27,847 nucleotides of DNA from Candidatus Gastranaerophilales bacterium (GTDB lineage Bacteria; Cyanobacteriota; Vampirovibrionia; Gastranaerophilales; Gastranaerophilaceae). The notes beneath the pieces are model-generated. The model had not been told where the DNA came from and did no database searches. It saw nothing but the letters and a program-made list of their open reading frames with translations. The DNA is taken from NCBI GenBank assembly GCA_045606885.1, contig JAZUSV010000240.1, positions 1 through 27,847 on the forward strand. The letters are read 5' to 3'. The position numbers and the translations under genes are program-made. Below are positions 1 to 8,456 of this stretch, piece by piece (the first letter of the stretch is position 1; every line of letters begins with the position of its first letter).

Positions 1-567
1 GTATATCAAAGTTGTTTTTAATTTTTGGTGAAGTTTTTTAATTTCAGCTCTCATCTCACTTCTTAATTTTGCATCAAGATTTGATAAAGGTTCATCCATT
101 AAAAAAACTTTTGGCTCTCTAACAATAGCACGAGCTAGTGCCACTCTTTGTCTTTGTCCACCCGATAATTCTTTTGGTTTTCTTTTTAAATATTCTTCAA
201 GCTTTAAAATTTCAGCCGCTCTTTTAACACGTCTTTCTATTTCACATTTTGGTGTTTTTTTAACTTTTAAACCGAGCGAAATATTTTCATAAACATTAAG
301 GTGAGGATAAAGTGCATAGCTTTGAAATACCATGGCAATATTTCTATCTTTAGGGTGAACTCCATTTGCTAAATCATCCCCAATATAAATATCGCCTTCG
401 CTTTGAGTTTCAAGCCCTGCAACCATTCTAAGCAAAGTTGATTTACCGCAACCTGACGCACCGACAAGAACAATAAATTCACCGTCGTTAATTTCAAGAT
501 TGATATTTTTCAAAATTTCTTTTTCGCCAAAACTTTTAGAAATATTCTTTAAAACAACTTTCGCCAT
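1..567 (-). CDS. ABC transporter ATP-binding protein, MalK/UgpC (sugar/glycerol-3-phosphate import) family; runs off the window edge
   Basis: Manual translation from ATG at 567 gives [53 protein letters not shown] (Walker A), [36 protein letters not shown] (signature and Walker B). A GAGGG RBS lies upstream. Not in the ORF track because it is incomplete. Confidence 0.93.
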   Translation of the reverse strand, partial: MAKVVLKNISKSFGEKEILKNINLEINDGEFIVLVGASGCGKSTLLRMVAGLETQSEGDIYIGDDLANGVHPKDRNIAMVFQSYALYPHLNVYENISLGLKVKKTPKCEIERRVKRAAEILKLEEYLKRKPKELSGGQRQRVALARAIVREPKVFLMDEPLSNLDAKLRSEMRAEIKKLHQKLKTTLIY

Positions 568-589
568 AAACCCTCAAAATTCATTCCAT

Positions 590-1717
590 CTATTTTAAGG
601 GTAGCACAAATGTGAACATTGTGCCAAAATTTTGTTTTGAATATATCCAAATATCGCCTCTAAAATCATTGATGTATAGTTTTAGCAGATTTAGTGTCGC
701 TTTTAAGCCTATAGGACGCTTTGTTGTGCCTTTATAGTATGTATCAAAAATATTGTCTAATTCTTCTTTAGAAAATACCAAATCGGTAATTTTTGCTTCA
801 AAAAGAACATACTTTTGAGGGTCTAGCGAATCATTTGCTAGAAAGTCATTCGCCCTTAAAAAATCTACAGGTGGATGACCTATGTTTAGCGAGCACTTTC
901 CAAGATTAGAAAATCTTAAAAAGATATCCATTACACATCTTAAAATGTATTCAATTACTTCACCATCCAAGAAACAATCTCTTTGAGAAAGTGTTGAGTA
1001 GTCTAAATTAAAAATAATTTTTCTATCTTGAAAATCTTTTTTATAAACTCTATCAATTGATTTAATCAAACTAATTAAATCAAAGCCTTTGTTATTGTAT
1101 TCAACTTTTTTAGATTCCAATTTGAATAGAGCAAAAAGTTTTTCCAAATCGTAATTTAAATCTTTTGAATTTGTATTAATTATATTCAAATATTTTTGTT
1201 GTTTTTCAGATAAAGCTCCACCAATTCCGTCTAGTAAAGCTCTTGAAAAACCATTGATTGAAACAATGTTTGACAAAATTGCGCCCGATGCTTCAATTAA
1301 AAATTCGTTTTTCTCTTCAATAATTTTTTGAGCAACGACATATTTTTCACTCATTGTTTTGTGTTCAATTTGTCTTCCTGTGATATTTCGAGCACAAACA
1401 TAAACTTTTGAAGTTTCAAGATTTCTTGTAGCAGTAATCTCAAAATAGATGTTTCTTGTTTCTTCGTTTTTAACTAACGCTCTAACAGAAGCAGATGAAC
1501 CGTTTTGAACAATTTTGTTTAAAACCGATGTACCGTTTTCAATAAAATCTGAAAAATAGTGCCCTAGTATGTCAAAACGTGTCAAACCATACATTTCGAG
1601 GATTTTAGTATTTACATCGACAATTTTGCCGTCTTGTTCTAGGGTAAAAATTCCGTCTGGTAGAAGATTAAAATTTATATCTTCTTTTTGGCCTTTAAAA
1701 TAATCTAGTATCTTCAT
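590..1717 (-). CDS. PAS-domain histidine-kinase-like protein with degenerate HisKA/HATPase (probable pseudokinase)
   Basis: N-terminal PAS (LPDGIFTLEQDGKIVDVN...YG...G). A HisKA-like helix pair (KNEFL...INGFSRALLDGIGGALSEKQQKYLNII) lacks the His. C-terminal GDIWIYSKQNFGTMFTFVLP is typical of an HATPase_c end. Confidence 0.8.
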   Translation of the reverse strand: MKILDYFKGQKEDINFNLLPDGIFTLEQDGKIVDVNTKILEMYGLTRFDILGHYFSDFIENGTSVLNKIVQNGSSASVRALVKNEETRNIYFEITATRNLETSKVYVCARNITGRQIEHKTMSEKYVVAQKIIEEKNEFLIEASGAILSNIVSINGFSRALLDGIGGALSEKQQKYLNIINTNSKDLNYDLEKLFALFKLESKKVEYNNKGFDLISLIKSIDRVYKKDFQDRKIIFNLDYSTLSQRDCFLDGEVIEYILRCVMDIFLRFSNLGKCSLNIGHPPVDFLRANDFLANDSLDPQKYVLFEAKITDLVFSKEELDNIFDTYYKGTTKRPIGLKATLNLLKLYINDFRGDIWIYSKQNFGTMFTFVLPLK

Positions 1718-1865
1718 TTCTTAATATATATACTCTTCCCATGCTAATACTATCATGGTTTTTTCTTAAACGAAAGTTGTATATATACTATTCTTTGTAA
1801 TTATTAACATTTGCCCAAAACCCCCGTAAAATTAATATATAGAGTTATATGGATTGTGGATTACT

Positions 1866-2195
1866 ATGCAATTTTTTAAAACACCATACAAAAACGAAGT
1901 AATCTTCATTATCAACCAAAAAAGCGTTGATGACTCTCTTATGCTCGAAATTTTAAAAACCATGCCAAACAATAAAAAAATTGGAATTGACATGACCCAA
2001 GTGCAAAACATAAATAGCCCGATTTTAATAGAATATTTGCTTAAAAACAAAATCAAATTATTCAATCTTCAAAGCGAAATTTTAACTTACTTTGCGCTTA
2101 TTTTAAAAGACGGATTTTTGAAGTCTTATATGAATCATTCGGATTTTAGCAAAAACAAAAGAGAACTTATTAAAAGACGCTTCTTAGTTGCATAA
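1866..2195 (+). CDS. Small STAS/anti-anti-sigma-like protein (divergent)
   Basis: IGIDMTQVQNINSPIL resembles the STAS DLSxVxFIDSSG motif and is followed by IKLFNLQSEILTYF. ATG at 1866 preferred; the ORF track starts at TTG 1854. Confidence 0.5.
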   Translation: MQFFKTPYKNEVIFIINQKSVDDSLMLEILKTMPNNKKIGIDMTQVQNINSPILIEYLLKNKIKLFNLQSEILTYFALILKDGFLKSYMNHSDFSKNKRELIKRRFLVA

Positions 2196-2196
2196 A

Positions 2197-2421
2197 TTAC
2201 CAGCTAAATTTGTCAGGAACAGGGTCATATCCACCTTTAGAAAAAGGATGACACCTTAAAATCCTTTTAATTCCTAAATATATTCCTTTTAGAACTCCAA
2301 ATTTTTCAATTGCAAGATAAGTGTATCTTGAGCATGTGGGCTCAAAACGACAATTTGGCGGAGTCATTTTAGAAAAATATTGATAAATTTTAATTAATTT
2401 TAAACAAATTTTTTTAAGCAT
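2197..2421 (-). CDS. yidD: Membrane protein insertion efficiency factor YidD
   Basis: [33 protein letters not shown] family signature; 74 aa. Confidence 0.95.
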   Translation of the reverse strand: MLKKICLKLIKIYQYFSKMTPPNCRFEPTCSRYTYLAIEKFGVLKGIYLGIKRILRCHPFSKGGYDPVPDKFSW

Positions 2422-2426
2422 TTTAT

Positions 2427-3473
2427 CTAGCTTTTCCAGATTTTTTTCGCTTCTTGGTATTCTTTTAAATCAAAATCTAATTCTTTTAAATATTTTTCCA
2501 AATTATTTTTTGTTTTAGCTGTTATCAAATGAATTTTTTCATTTTGCCTTATTGACAACATATAATCATCTTTTGGCTTAATTTCGTACTTTTGAAAAAC
2601 ATCCCCTACAATTGTGCTATCAAAAACATCAGCCCAATTTAGCTCATAGCCTTTCGTATAAAAATCAACATTAATTTCATCAAAAAAACTATTAAAACCG
2701 AGCAAATATGGCTCATTTTGATAAGTTAAAATTATATCAAATCCTAAAATGCCGATATATTCTTCATCTTGCACAGATAAAGCACTAATTGTAGGCATAA
2801 TAATCGTATTATAAATTTTTTCTTTAATTTCTTCATCAACAAAATCTGGTTCAAATAAAGCAACGTTATTTTGATATTTTGCACTTGTTCCAATAATTTT
2901 TGCGCAATAGCCATCAGATAAAACCCAAACACTGATGTTTTTTCCTTCAACATAGTCTTCGATAACAACTCTTTTATTGCCACATGCAAAAAAGTTATCT
3001 GCAACCATTTTAACTTGTTTTTGAGTTTCGCAAAACTGAGGACATTCCTGATAAGAATTAATATCTGGTTTTAAAACTTGCACAGTGTCAACGGTTTTAA
3101 AATAATCAAGCGCCATTTGTGGTTTTTCTGCAACGAAAAATTTTGGAGTTGGAATTTTATTTTTATGCATAAATTTTTTAGCATAAGACTTACTTGAACA
3201 TATTGAAATAGCGTCAATTGAAGGAGCAAAAGCAGTTATATTAATTGCACTAATTGCTTCTTGTATTCCTTGATTAATCAAATCAATATCTGTAATTAAA
3301 ACCAAATTTATTTCATTTGCGCTACAAAAATCAAGAATATCTTGCACATCATCAAACTGAACACTATTTGAAAGAGTCGATATTGTATTAAAAACAATGT
3401 TTTCCTTGTTTTTGCTGAACAAATTAAAAAATTTCTTTGCGCTATAATCGCTACCTAAAATCAAAATTCTCAT
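2427..3473 (-). CDS. PurD (GAR synthetase)-like ATP-grasp protein with degenerate catalytic motifs
   Basis: PurD scaffold motifs present: [48 protein letters not shown]. The GGREH, GLAAGKGV, DHKR/GPNTGGMG and EFNxRFGDPE motifs are not conserved. Confidence 0.7.
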   Translation of the reverse strand: MRILILGSDYSAKKFFNLFSKNKENIVFNTISTLSNSVQFDDVQDILDFCSANEINLVLITDIDLINQGIQEAISAINITAFAPSIDAISICSSKSYAKKFMHKNKIPTPKFFVAEKPQMALDYFKTVDTVQVLKPDINSYQECPQFCETQKQVKMVADNFFACGNKRVVIEDYVEGKNISVWVLSDGYCAKIIGTSAKYQNNVALFEPDFVDEEIKEKIYNTIIMPTISALSVQDEEYIGILGFDIILTYQNEPYLLGFNSFFDEINVDFYTKGYELNWADVFDSTIVGDVFQKYEIKPKDDYMLSIRQNEKIHLITAKTKNNLEKYLKELDFDLKEYQEAKKIWKS

Positions 3474-3489
3474 AGTCGTTATTATACCA
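3471..3489 (-). promoter_or_regulatory. Extended -10 (TGgTATAAT) 7 nt before the ATG of the PurD-like gene; leaderless-type
   Basis: The minus strand reads TGGTATAAT-AACGACT-ATG with no SD. Confidence 0.6.
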
Positions 3490-3519
3490 TAATTTTATTT
3501 TATAAATTTTGCCTAAATA

Positions 3520-3551
3520 TGATATAATTGAAATCATCAAACTTAAAGGAG
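3520..3551 (+). promoter_or_regulatory. Extended -10 (TGaTATAAT, 3520-3528) and RBS (AAGGAG, 3546-3551) of the acidic protein gene
   Basis: Direct sequence match; the RBS is 7 nt before TTG 3559. Confidence 0.6.
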
Positions 3552-3558
3552 TTTTGTT

Positions 3559-4446
3559 TTGGCGGACGATAAAAAAAAATTAACAAATTTAGAAGAAGAT
3601 TTTAAAGATTTTAAAGATTTTGAAGAAGAAAACATTGACGACATTGCTCAAGAGCAATATTTTGAAGAAGAAAATGTTTCAAATATAGCTCAAGAAGAAA
3701 GCGAACAAGTCCAAGAAGAACTCAACAAAGAAATTGATGAAAAGCTTGAAACAGAAGAAATTCAGCCCTATGACGAAGGTCAAGGAGATGTTGAAAAAGC
3801 AACATCACAAATTGAAAATATTGAAGAAAATGTTGACAATATAAAACCACAACTTGAAGATTTTAAAGAAGATTTTGAGCAAACCGCAGAACAAACAGAC
3901 TTACAAGCTGAAAATTTTGAAGAAGACTTTGAACACGATTTTTCACACAAATTTGATGATGAACATCAACTAGACGAAATTCAAAAAAAACTAATGGAAC
4001 AATGTGCAAGTCAAGGTTTTGACGAATATAATCAAAGCGCAGATATGGCGCCTTGGCAACAAGAAGACGAGGAAGATGCTGCGGTTAAAAAATACATTTT
4101 TTATGTATCAAAAGATTTTGTTCCATACATAGATGATCTTTCAATGGATGAAAGAAGTGCTTATATCAACGACGCTATTCAAACAAAAATAGACCTAGAA
4201 AACGAAGAAATTCAAAAAGAAAAAAAGAAAAAAGCCTTATCTCATTTGATAATTATGGTTATAACAATGTGTTTATGTGCGCCTGTTGTTTTGTTTTGCG
4301 TACACAAAACAATTATGGCTACTTTTGAAAACTATAAATATTCACAAGAAAACTTTGAAAAATTATACAAATCTCGTTTCGCAAAAGATAAAGCGTATAT
4401 GCGTTCTGTTCAATATAACAAACAAACACACACAAAATCTCACTAA
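3559..4446 (+). CDS. Hypothetical protein: very acidic low-complexity N-terminus, small RHH-like segment, single TM helix, basic C-terminal tail
   Basis: 295-aa ORF with TTG start and AAGGAG RBS. The first ~175 aa are E/D/Q-rich. Hydrophobic stretch ALSHLIIMVITMCLCAPVVLFCV. Confidence 0.8.
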   Translation: MADDKKKLTNLEEDFKDFKDFEEENIDDIAQEQYFEEENVSNIAQEESEQVQEELNKEIDEKLETEEIQPYDEGQGDVEKATSQIENIEENVDNIKPQLEDFKEDFEQTAEQTDLQAENFEEDFEHDFSHKFDDEHQLDEIQKKLMEQCASQGFDEYNQSADMAPWQQEDEEDAAVKKYIFYVSKDFVPYIDDLSMDERSAYINDAIQTKIDLENEEIQKEKKKKALSHLIIMVITMCLCAPVVLFCVHKTIMATFENYKYSQENFEKLYKSRFAKDKAYMRSVQYNKQTHTKSH

Positions 4447-4474
4447 TAATTTAATTGTTTATAAATTTTGTTTT

Positions 4475-4492
4475 TGTTATGATTAAACTATG
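4475..4492 (+). promoter_or_regulatory. Extended -10 (TGtTATGAT) 6 nt before the birA ATG; leaderless-type
   Basis: TGTTATGAT-TAAACT-ATG with no SD. Confidence 0.55.
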
Positions 4493-5056
4493 CGCAGTAT
4501 TAGACATTTTGATGAACTAAACTCGACAAGTGTTTACGCTCATCAACATTTAGAGGAATTAAACAACTTTGAAGTTATTTCTTGCGACCTTCAAACATCT
4601 GGTCACGGACAGTTTGAACGTGTTTGGTATTCTTCAAACAAAAACGGTGGAAATGTTTATATTTCAATCATTTTAAAACCTGAAAATATTGAACACTTAA
4701 ACGAATTAACTCGCTATGTTGCTCTAATTGGAGCTAAAACACTAAAAGAATACGATTTAAATCCTCAATTTAAATATCCTAACGATATATTAATTAACGG
4801 TAAAAAAATTGCAGGCTTTTTGGCTGAAAGCGAATTTCTTGGAGCCACCTGCAAAGGCGTAATTGTTGGTTGCGGAATTAATTTAAATCTTGATAAAGAT
4901 GAATTAAAAAACATTGATATTCCAGCAACATCTATATTTAACGAAACTGCCAAAACCGTTAATAAACAAGAATTTTTAGATAAATTTTTATCTAATTTTG
5001 AAAACGAATATAATGACTTTTTAACAAACGGAATAAAAGGAGAAGTGCTATGTTAA
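4490..5056 (+). CDS. birA: Biotin--protein ligase (class I, no HTH), short form lacking the C-terminal domain
   Basis: LNSTS, QTSGHGQFERVWYS (cf. QTAGRGRxGRxWxS), KYPND, KKIAGFLAE, VIVGCGINL. Overlaps the oadG start by 7 nt. Confidence 0.85.
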   Translation: MRSIRHFDELNSTSVYAHQHLEELNNFEVISCDLQTSGHGQFERVWYSSNKNGGNVYISIILKPENIEHLNELTRYVALIGAKTLKEYDLNPQFKYPNDILINGKKIAGFLAESEFLGATCKGVIVGCGINLNLDKDELKNIDIPATSIFNETAKTVNKQEFLDKFLSNFENEYNDFLTNGIKGEVLC

Positions 5057-5292
5057 ATCCTGAAGTATTGGCAACAGGCGGAACCACTATGGCTGTTGGA
5101 ATGGGAATTGTTTTTTCATTCTTAGTTGTTTTGGTTTTTGCAATGCTAATTATGGCAAATGTGGTTGCGTGGTTAAATAAAGTATGCCCGCTACCAGAAG
5201 TTGCACCAAAAACAGTTAAAAAAGCTGTTAACAATGACGACTCAGCTATCGCTATTGCAATTGCAGCCGCAATGAACGCTTTAAAAAAGTAA
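5050..5292 (+). CDS. oadG: Na+-translocating decarboxylase gamma subunit (OadG family)
   Basis: One TM helix (GMGIVFSFLVVLVFAM), P/A/K linker and AIAIAIAAA tail; lies directly before the alpha and beta subunits. Confidence 0.9.
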   Translation: MLNPEVLATGGTTMAVGMGIVFSFLVVLVFAMLIMANVVAWLNKVCPLPEVAPKTVKKAVNNDDSAIAIAIAAAMNALKK

Positions 5293-5318
5293 ACTACTAG
5301 TATTAAGAGGAAAATAAA

Positions 5319-7124
5319 ATGGCAAAAAAATTAATCAAAGTTATGGATACCTCATTCCGTGACGGTTTCCAATCAGTATACGGGGCAAAAGTTCTAGTTG
5401 ATGACTTTATTCCAGCCCTTCAAGCAGCAGTAGACGCTGGTATCAAACATTTTGAAACAGCTGGCGGTGCTCGCTTCCAAGTTCCAATTTTCTTCTGCAA
5501 TGAAAATGCATTTGAAACAATGGATAAAATGAGAGCAGCTGTTCCATCAGATGTTGTGTTCCAATCATTATCTCGTGGCGTAAACGTTGTTGGTCTAAAT
5601 TCTCAACCTCGTGACGTTATTGATTTACACGCTAAAATGTTTGCAAAACACGGCGTAAACGTAATTAGAAACTTTGACGCGCTAAACGATGTTAATAACT
5701 TAATTGATAGCGCTAAGTCAATTAAAGCACACGGTCTAAAACACGAAGTTACAATCACTATGATGGAACTTCCATTTGGATGCGAAGGTGCACATGACAC
5801 TGCTTTCTATGAAAAAGTTTTAAGAAATATCCTAGATTCAGGTCTTCCATTCGATTCATTATGTTTCAAAGACGCTTCAGGTACATCTAACCCAAGAAAA
5901 GTATTTGAAACAGTTAAAATGGCTAGAGAAATTCTAGGTGCAGACGCTCATATTCGCTTCCACTCTCATGAAACAGCTGGCACAGGTTTAGCTGCATATT
6001 TGGCTGCTTTAGATGGTGGTGCTGATGGTATCGACTTAGCTATGAAACCTGTTTCAGGTGGCACAGGTCAACCAGACATCATTTCTATGTGGCACGCTTT
6101 AAAAGGTACAGAATATGACCTTGGTTTAGATATTAAAAAGATTATGGAAACAGAAGAAATCTTTAAAGAATGCATGAAAGATTATCCTCTTGATCCAACA
6201 TCATTAGCTGTTAACCCAATCTTAATCCAAGCACCACTACCTGGTGGAGCTACAGCTACAACTGTTAATCAATTAAAAGATATGGGTATGATGGATAAGT
6301 TCCCAGCTCTTATCCAATCTATGAAAGAATGTGTTGAACGTGGTGGATTTGCAACATCTGTAACACCTGTTTCACAATTCTATGCTCAACAAGCGTTCTT
6401 AAACGCTACTCAAGGCGATTGGAAAGTTGCTAACCCAGGATATGCCAAGATGTTATTAGGTTACTTTGGTAAAACTCCAATGACTCCAGATCCTGAATTA
6501 GTAAAATGGGCTGAAGAAAAATTAAATATGGCTCCAACTACTGAAAAAGTTGTTGATATTAACGAAAAAGACCCAGAAAAAGGTTTAGCTGCAGCTAAAG
6601 CTAGATTAGAAGCTGCAGGACTTCCTGTAACTGACGAAAACTTATTTATCAGCGCAGCTTGTAAAGATGCAAATGTTGATAAAGGTATCGAATTCTTGTT
6701 AGGAAAAGGCGTTGTTTCAGTTAACAAATGTGCTCAAACAGCAGCGCCAGCCGCAACTTGCGCTACATCTAACGATGGTTACACAGTAACAGTTAACGGT
6801 AAAAAATATTGCGTTAAATTAGATGGCGCTAAAGCTACAGTTAATGGACAATCTTATGATGTTGCTGTTAAAGCAGGTATTGAAGAAACTACTTCTGCAA
6901 GTTCTGGCGAAGGTAAAGCAGTAACTGCAGCTCTACCTGGTAACGTTTTAAGAGTCGAAGTATCTGTTGGCGATGAAATTGCTGAAGGCGACGTACTTTT
7001 AGTTGTTGAAGCAATGAAAATGGAAACAGAAGTTAAATCTCCATATTCTGGTAAAGTAATTTCTGTAGAAGTTGCTCAAGGCGACACAGTTAAAAACGGT
7101 CAAACATTAGTAGTAATCGGTTAA
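5319..7124 (+). CDS. oadA: Oxaloacetate decarboxylase alpha subunit (pyruvate carboxyltransferase domain + biotinyl domain)
   Basis: DTSFRDGFQS, FDALND, CFKDASG and FHSHET metal motifs; A/T-rich linker; C-terminal biotinyl domain with EAMKM; AAGAGG RBS. Confidence 0.88.
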   Translation: MAKKLIKVMDTSFRDGFQSVYGAKVLVDDFIPALQAAVDAGIKHFETAGGARFQVPIFFCNENAFETMDKMRAAVPSDVVFQSLSRGVNVVGLNSQPRDVIDLHAKMFAKHGVNVIRNFDALNDVNNLIDSAKSIKAHGLKHEVTITMMELPFGCEGAHDTAFYEKVLRNILDSGLPFDSLCFKDASGTSNPRKVFETVKMAREILGADAHIRFHSHETAGTGLAAYLAALDGGADGIDLAMKPVSGGTGQPDIISMWHALKGTEYDLGLDIKKIMETEEIFKECMKDYPLDPTSLAVNPILIQAPLPGGATATTVNQLKDMGMMDKFPALIQSMKECVERGGFATSVTPVSQFYAQQAFLNATQGDWKVANPGYAKMLLGYFGKTPMTPDPELVKWAEEKLNMAPTTEKVVDINEKDPEKGLAAAKARLEAAGLPVTDENLFISAACKDANVDKGIEFLLGKGVVSVNKCAQTAAPAATCATSNDGYTVTVNGKKYCVKLDGAKATVNGQSYDVAVKAGIEETTSASSGEGKAVTAALPGNVLRVEVSVGDEIAEGDVLLVVEAMKMETEVKSPYSGKVISVEVAQGDTVKNGQTLVVIG

Positions 7125-7142
7125 TAGAAAGGTTTTTGAAAT

Positions 7143-8321
7143 ATGTCAATTAATATTCAAGAAGCGCTAACCGGACTATGGAATTCTACCGGTATTGTAA
7201 ATTTTGTTTTAGAAAAAGACCCAAATATTGATAACTGCATTGAGCAGTTAATGCACACTCACGGTCAAATCATAATGGTATTCATTTGTATGTTTCTATT
7301 ATGGCTTGGTATTAAAAAACAATTTGAACCACTTTTGTTAGTTCCAATTGCATTTGGTGGCTTATTGGCAAACTTCCCTTGCGACCATAGTTTCCAAGAA
7401 TTTATTTACAAGGTTGGTATCGACCCACAAATTGGTATCTTTCCACTAATCATTTTTATGGGCGTAGGCGCTATGACAGACTTTGGTCCATTGTTAGCTA
7501 ACCCAAAAACAGCTTTATTGGGTGGCGCTGCCCAATTTGGTATTTTTGGTGCATTATTCTTAGCTCTACTTTTGGGCTTCAATTTATCACAAGCAGGCTC
7601 AATCGGTATCATTGGTGGTGCAGATGGCCCTACTTCAATTTTCGTAACTTCAAGATTAGCTCCTGATTTACTAGGTGCAATTGCTGTTGCAGCATATTCT
7701 TATATGGCATTAGTTCCACTAATTCAACCACCAATTATGAGATTATTAACAACTCCAGAAGAACGTAAAATTCAAATGAAACAATTAAGAGAAGTATCTC
7801 AAAGAGAAAAAATCGTATTTCCTTTAATGGTATTAACTCTTTGTGCAATCTTCTTGCCAGACGCTTGTCCTTTGGTTGGTTGCTTGGCATTCGGTAACTT
7901 ATGTAGAGAATGCGGAGTAGTTGAAAGACTTTCAAATACAATGCAAAATGCTTTAATTAACATTGTTACAATTTTCTTAGGCTTAGCTGTTGGTTTAAAA
8001 CTTCAATTTGACCACTTCTTAACCGTTGAAACATTGAAAATCTTGGTTCTTGGTATTTTTGCATTCTCTTTAGCAACTGCAGCTGGTGTATTAATGGCAA
8101 GATTGATGAATGTATTTTCTTCAAAAGACAACAAAATCAACCCACTTATTGGTGCAGCTGGCGTATCAGCAGTTCCAATGGCGGCTCGTGTTGCTAACAA
8201 AGTTGGTTTAGAAGAAAATCCTCAAAACTTCTTATTAATGCACGCTATGGGTCCAAACGTAGCAGGGGTTATTGGTTCAGCAGTTGCTGCTGGGGTATTA
8301 CTTGCAATTTGCCCACACTAA
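7143..8321 (+). CDS. oadB: Na+-translocating decarboxylase beta subunit
   Basis: [71 protein letters not shown]. Confidence 0.96.
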   Translation: MSINIQEALTGLWNSTGIVNFVLEKDPNIDNCIEQLMHTHGQIIMVFICMFLLWLGIKKQFEPLLLVPIAFGGLLANFPCDHSFQEFIYKVGIDPQIGIFPLIIFMGVGAMTDFGPLLANPKTALLGGAAQFGIFGALFLALLLGFNLSQAGSIGIIGGADGPTSIFVTSRLAPDLLGAIAVAAYSYMALVPLIQPPIMRLLTTPEERKIQMKQLREVSQREKIVFPLMVLTLCAIFLPDACPLVGCLAFGNLCRECGVVERLSNTMQNALINIVTIFLGLAVGLKLQFDHFLTVETLKILVLGIFAFSLATAAGVLMARLMNVFSSKDNKINPLIGAAGVSAVPMAARVANKVGLEENPQNFLLMHAMGPNVAGVIGSAVAAGVLLAICPH

Positions 8322-8338
8322 TAAGTCAAAACATAAAT

Positions 8339-8374
8339 AAAAAAAGAGTTGGAAATAATCCAACTCTTTTTTTT
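8339..8374 (+). terminator. Intrinsic terminator after oadB
   Basis: 8-bp stem GAGTTGGA (8346-8353) / TCCAACTC (8359-8366), 5-nt loop, 8-T tail and upstream A-tract. Confidence 0.9.
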
Positions 8375-8390
8375 AAGATTTTTTAATAAA

Positions 8391-8420
8391 TTGCCTTAGC
8401 AAAAAATAAAATTATATAAT
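8391..8420 (+). promoter_or_regulatory. Sigma70-type promoter of the fliM/N-O-P-Q-R cassette
   Basis: TTGCCT (8391-8396), 18-nt spacer, TATAAT (8415-8420). Confidence 0.6.
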
Positions 8421-8456
8421 ACACGTGGGGTTTTATAGCCAAAAACGGATATCTTA

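Noticed and set aside
3598-3624. GATTTTAAA x3 short repeat and other D/E-F repeats
   Set aside because: These are coding low-complexity sequence, not a CRISPR array or mobile repeat; there are no spacers and no cas genes.
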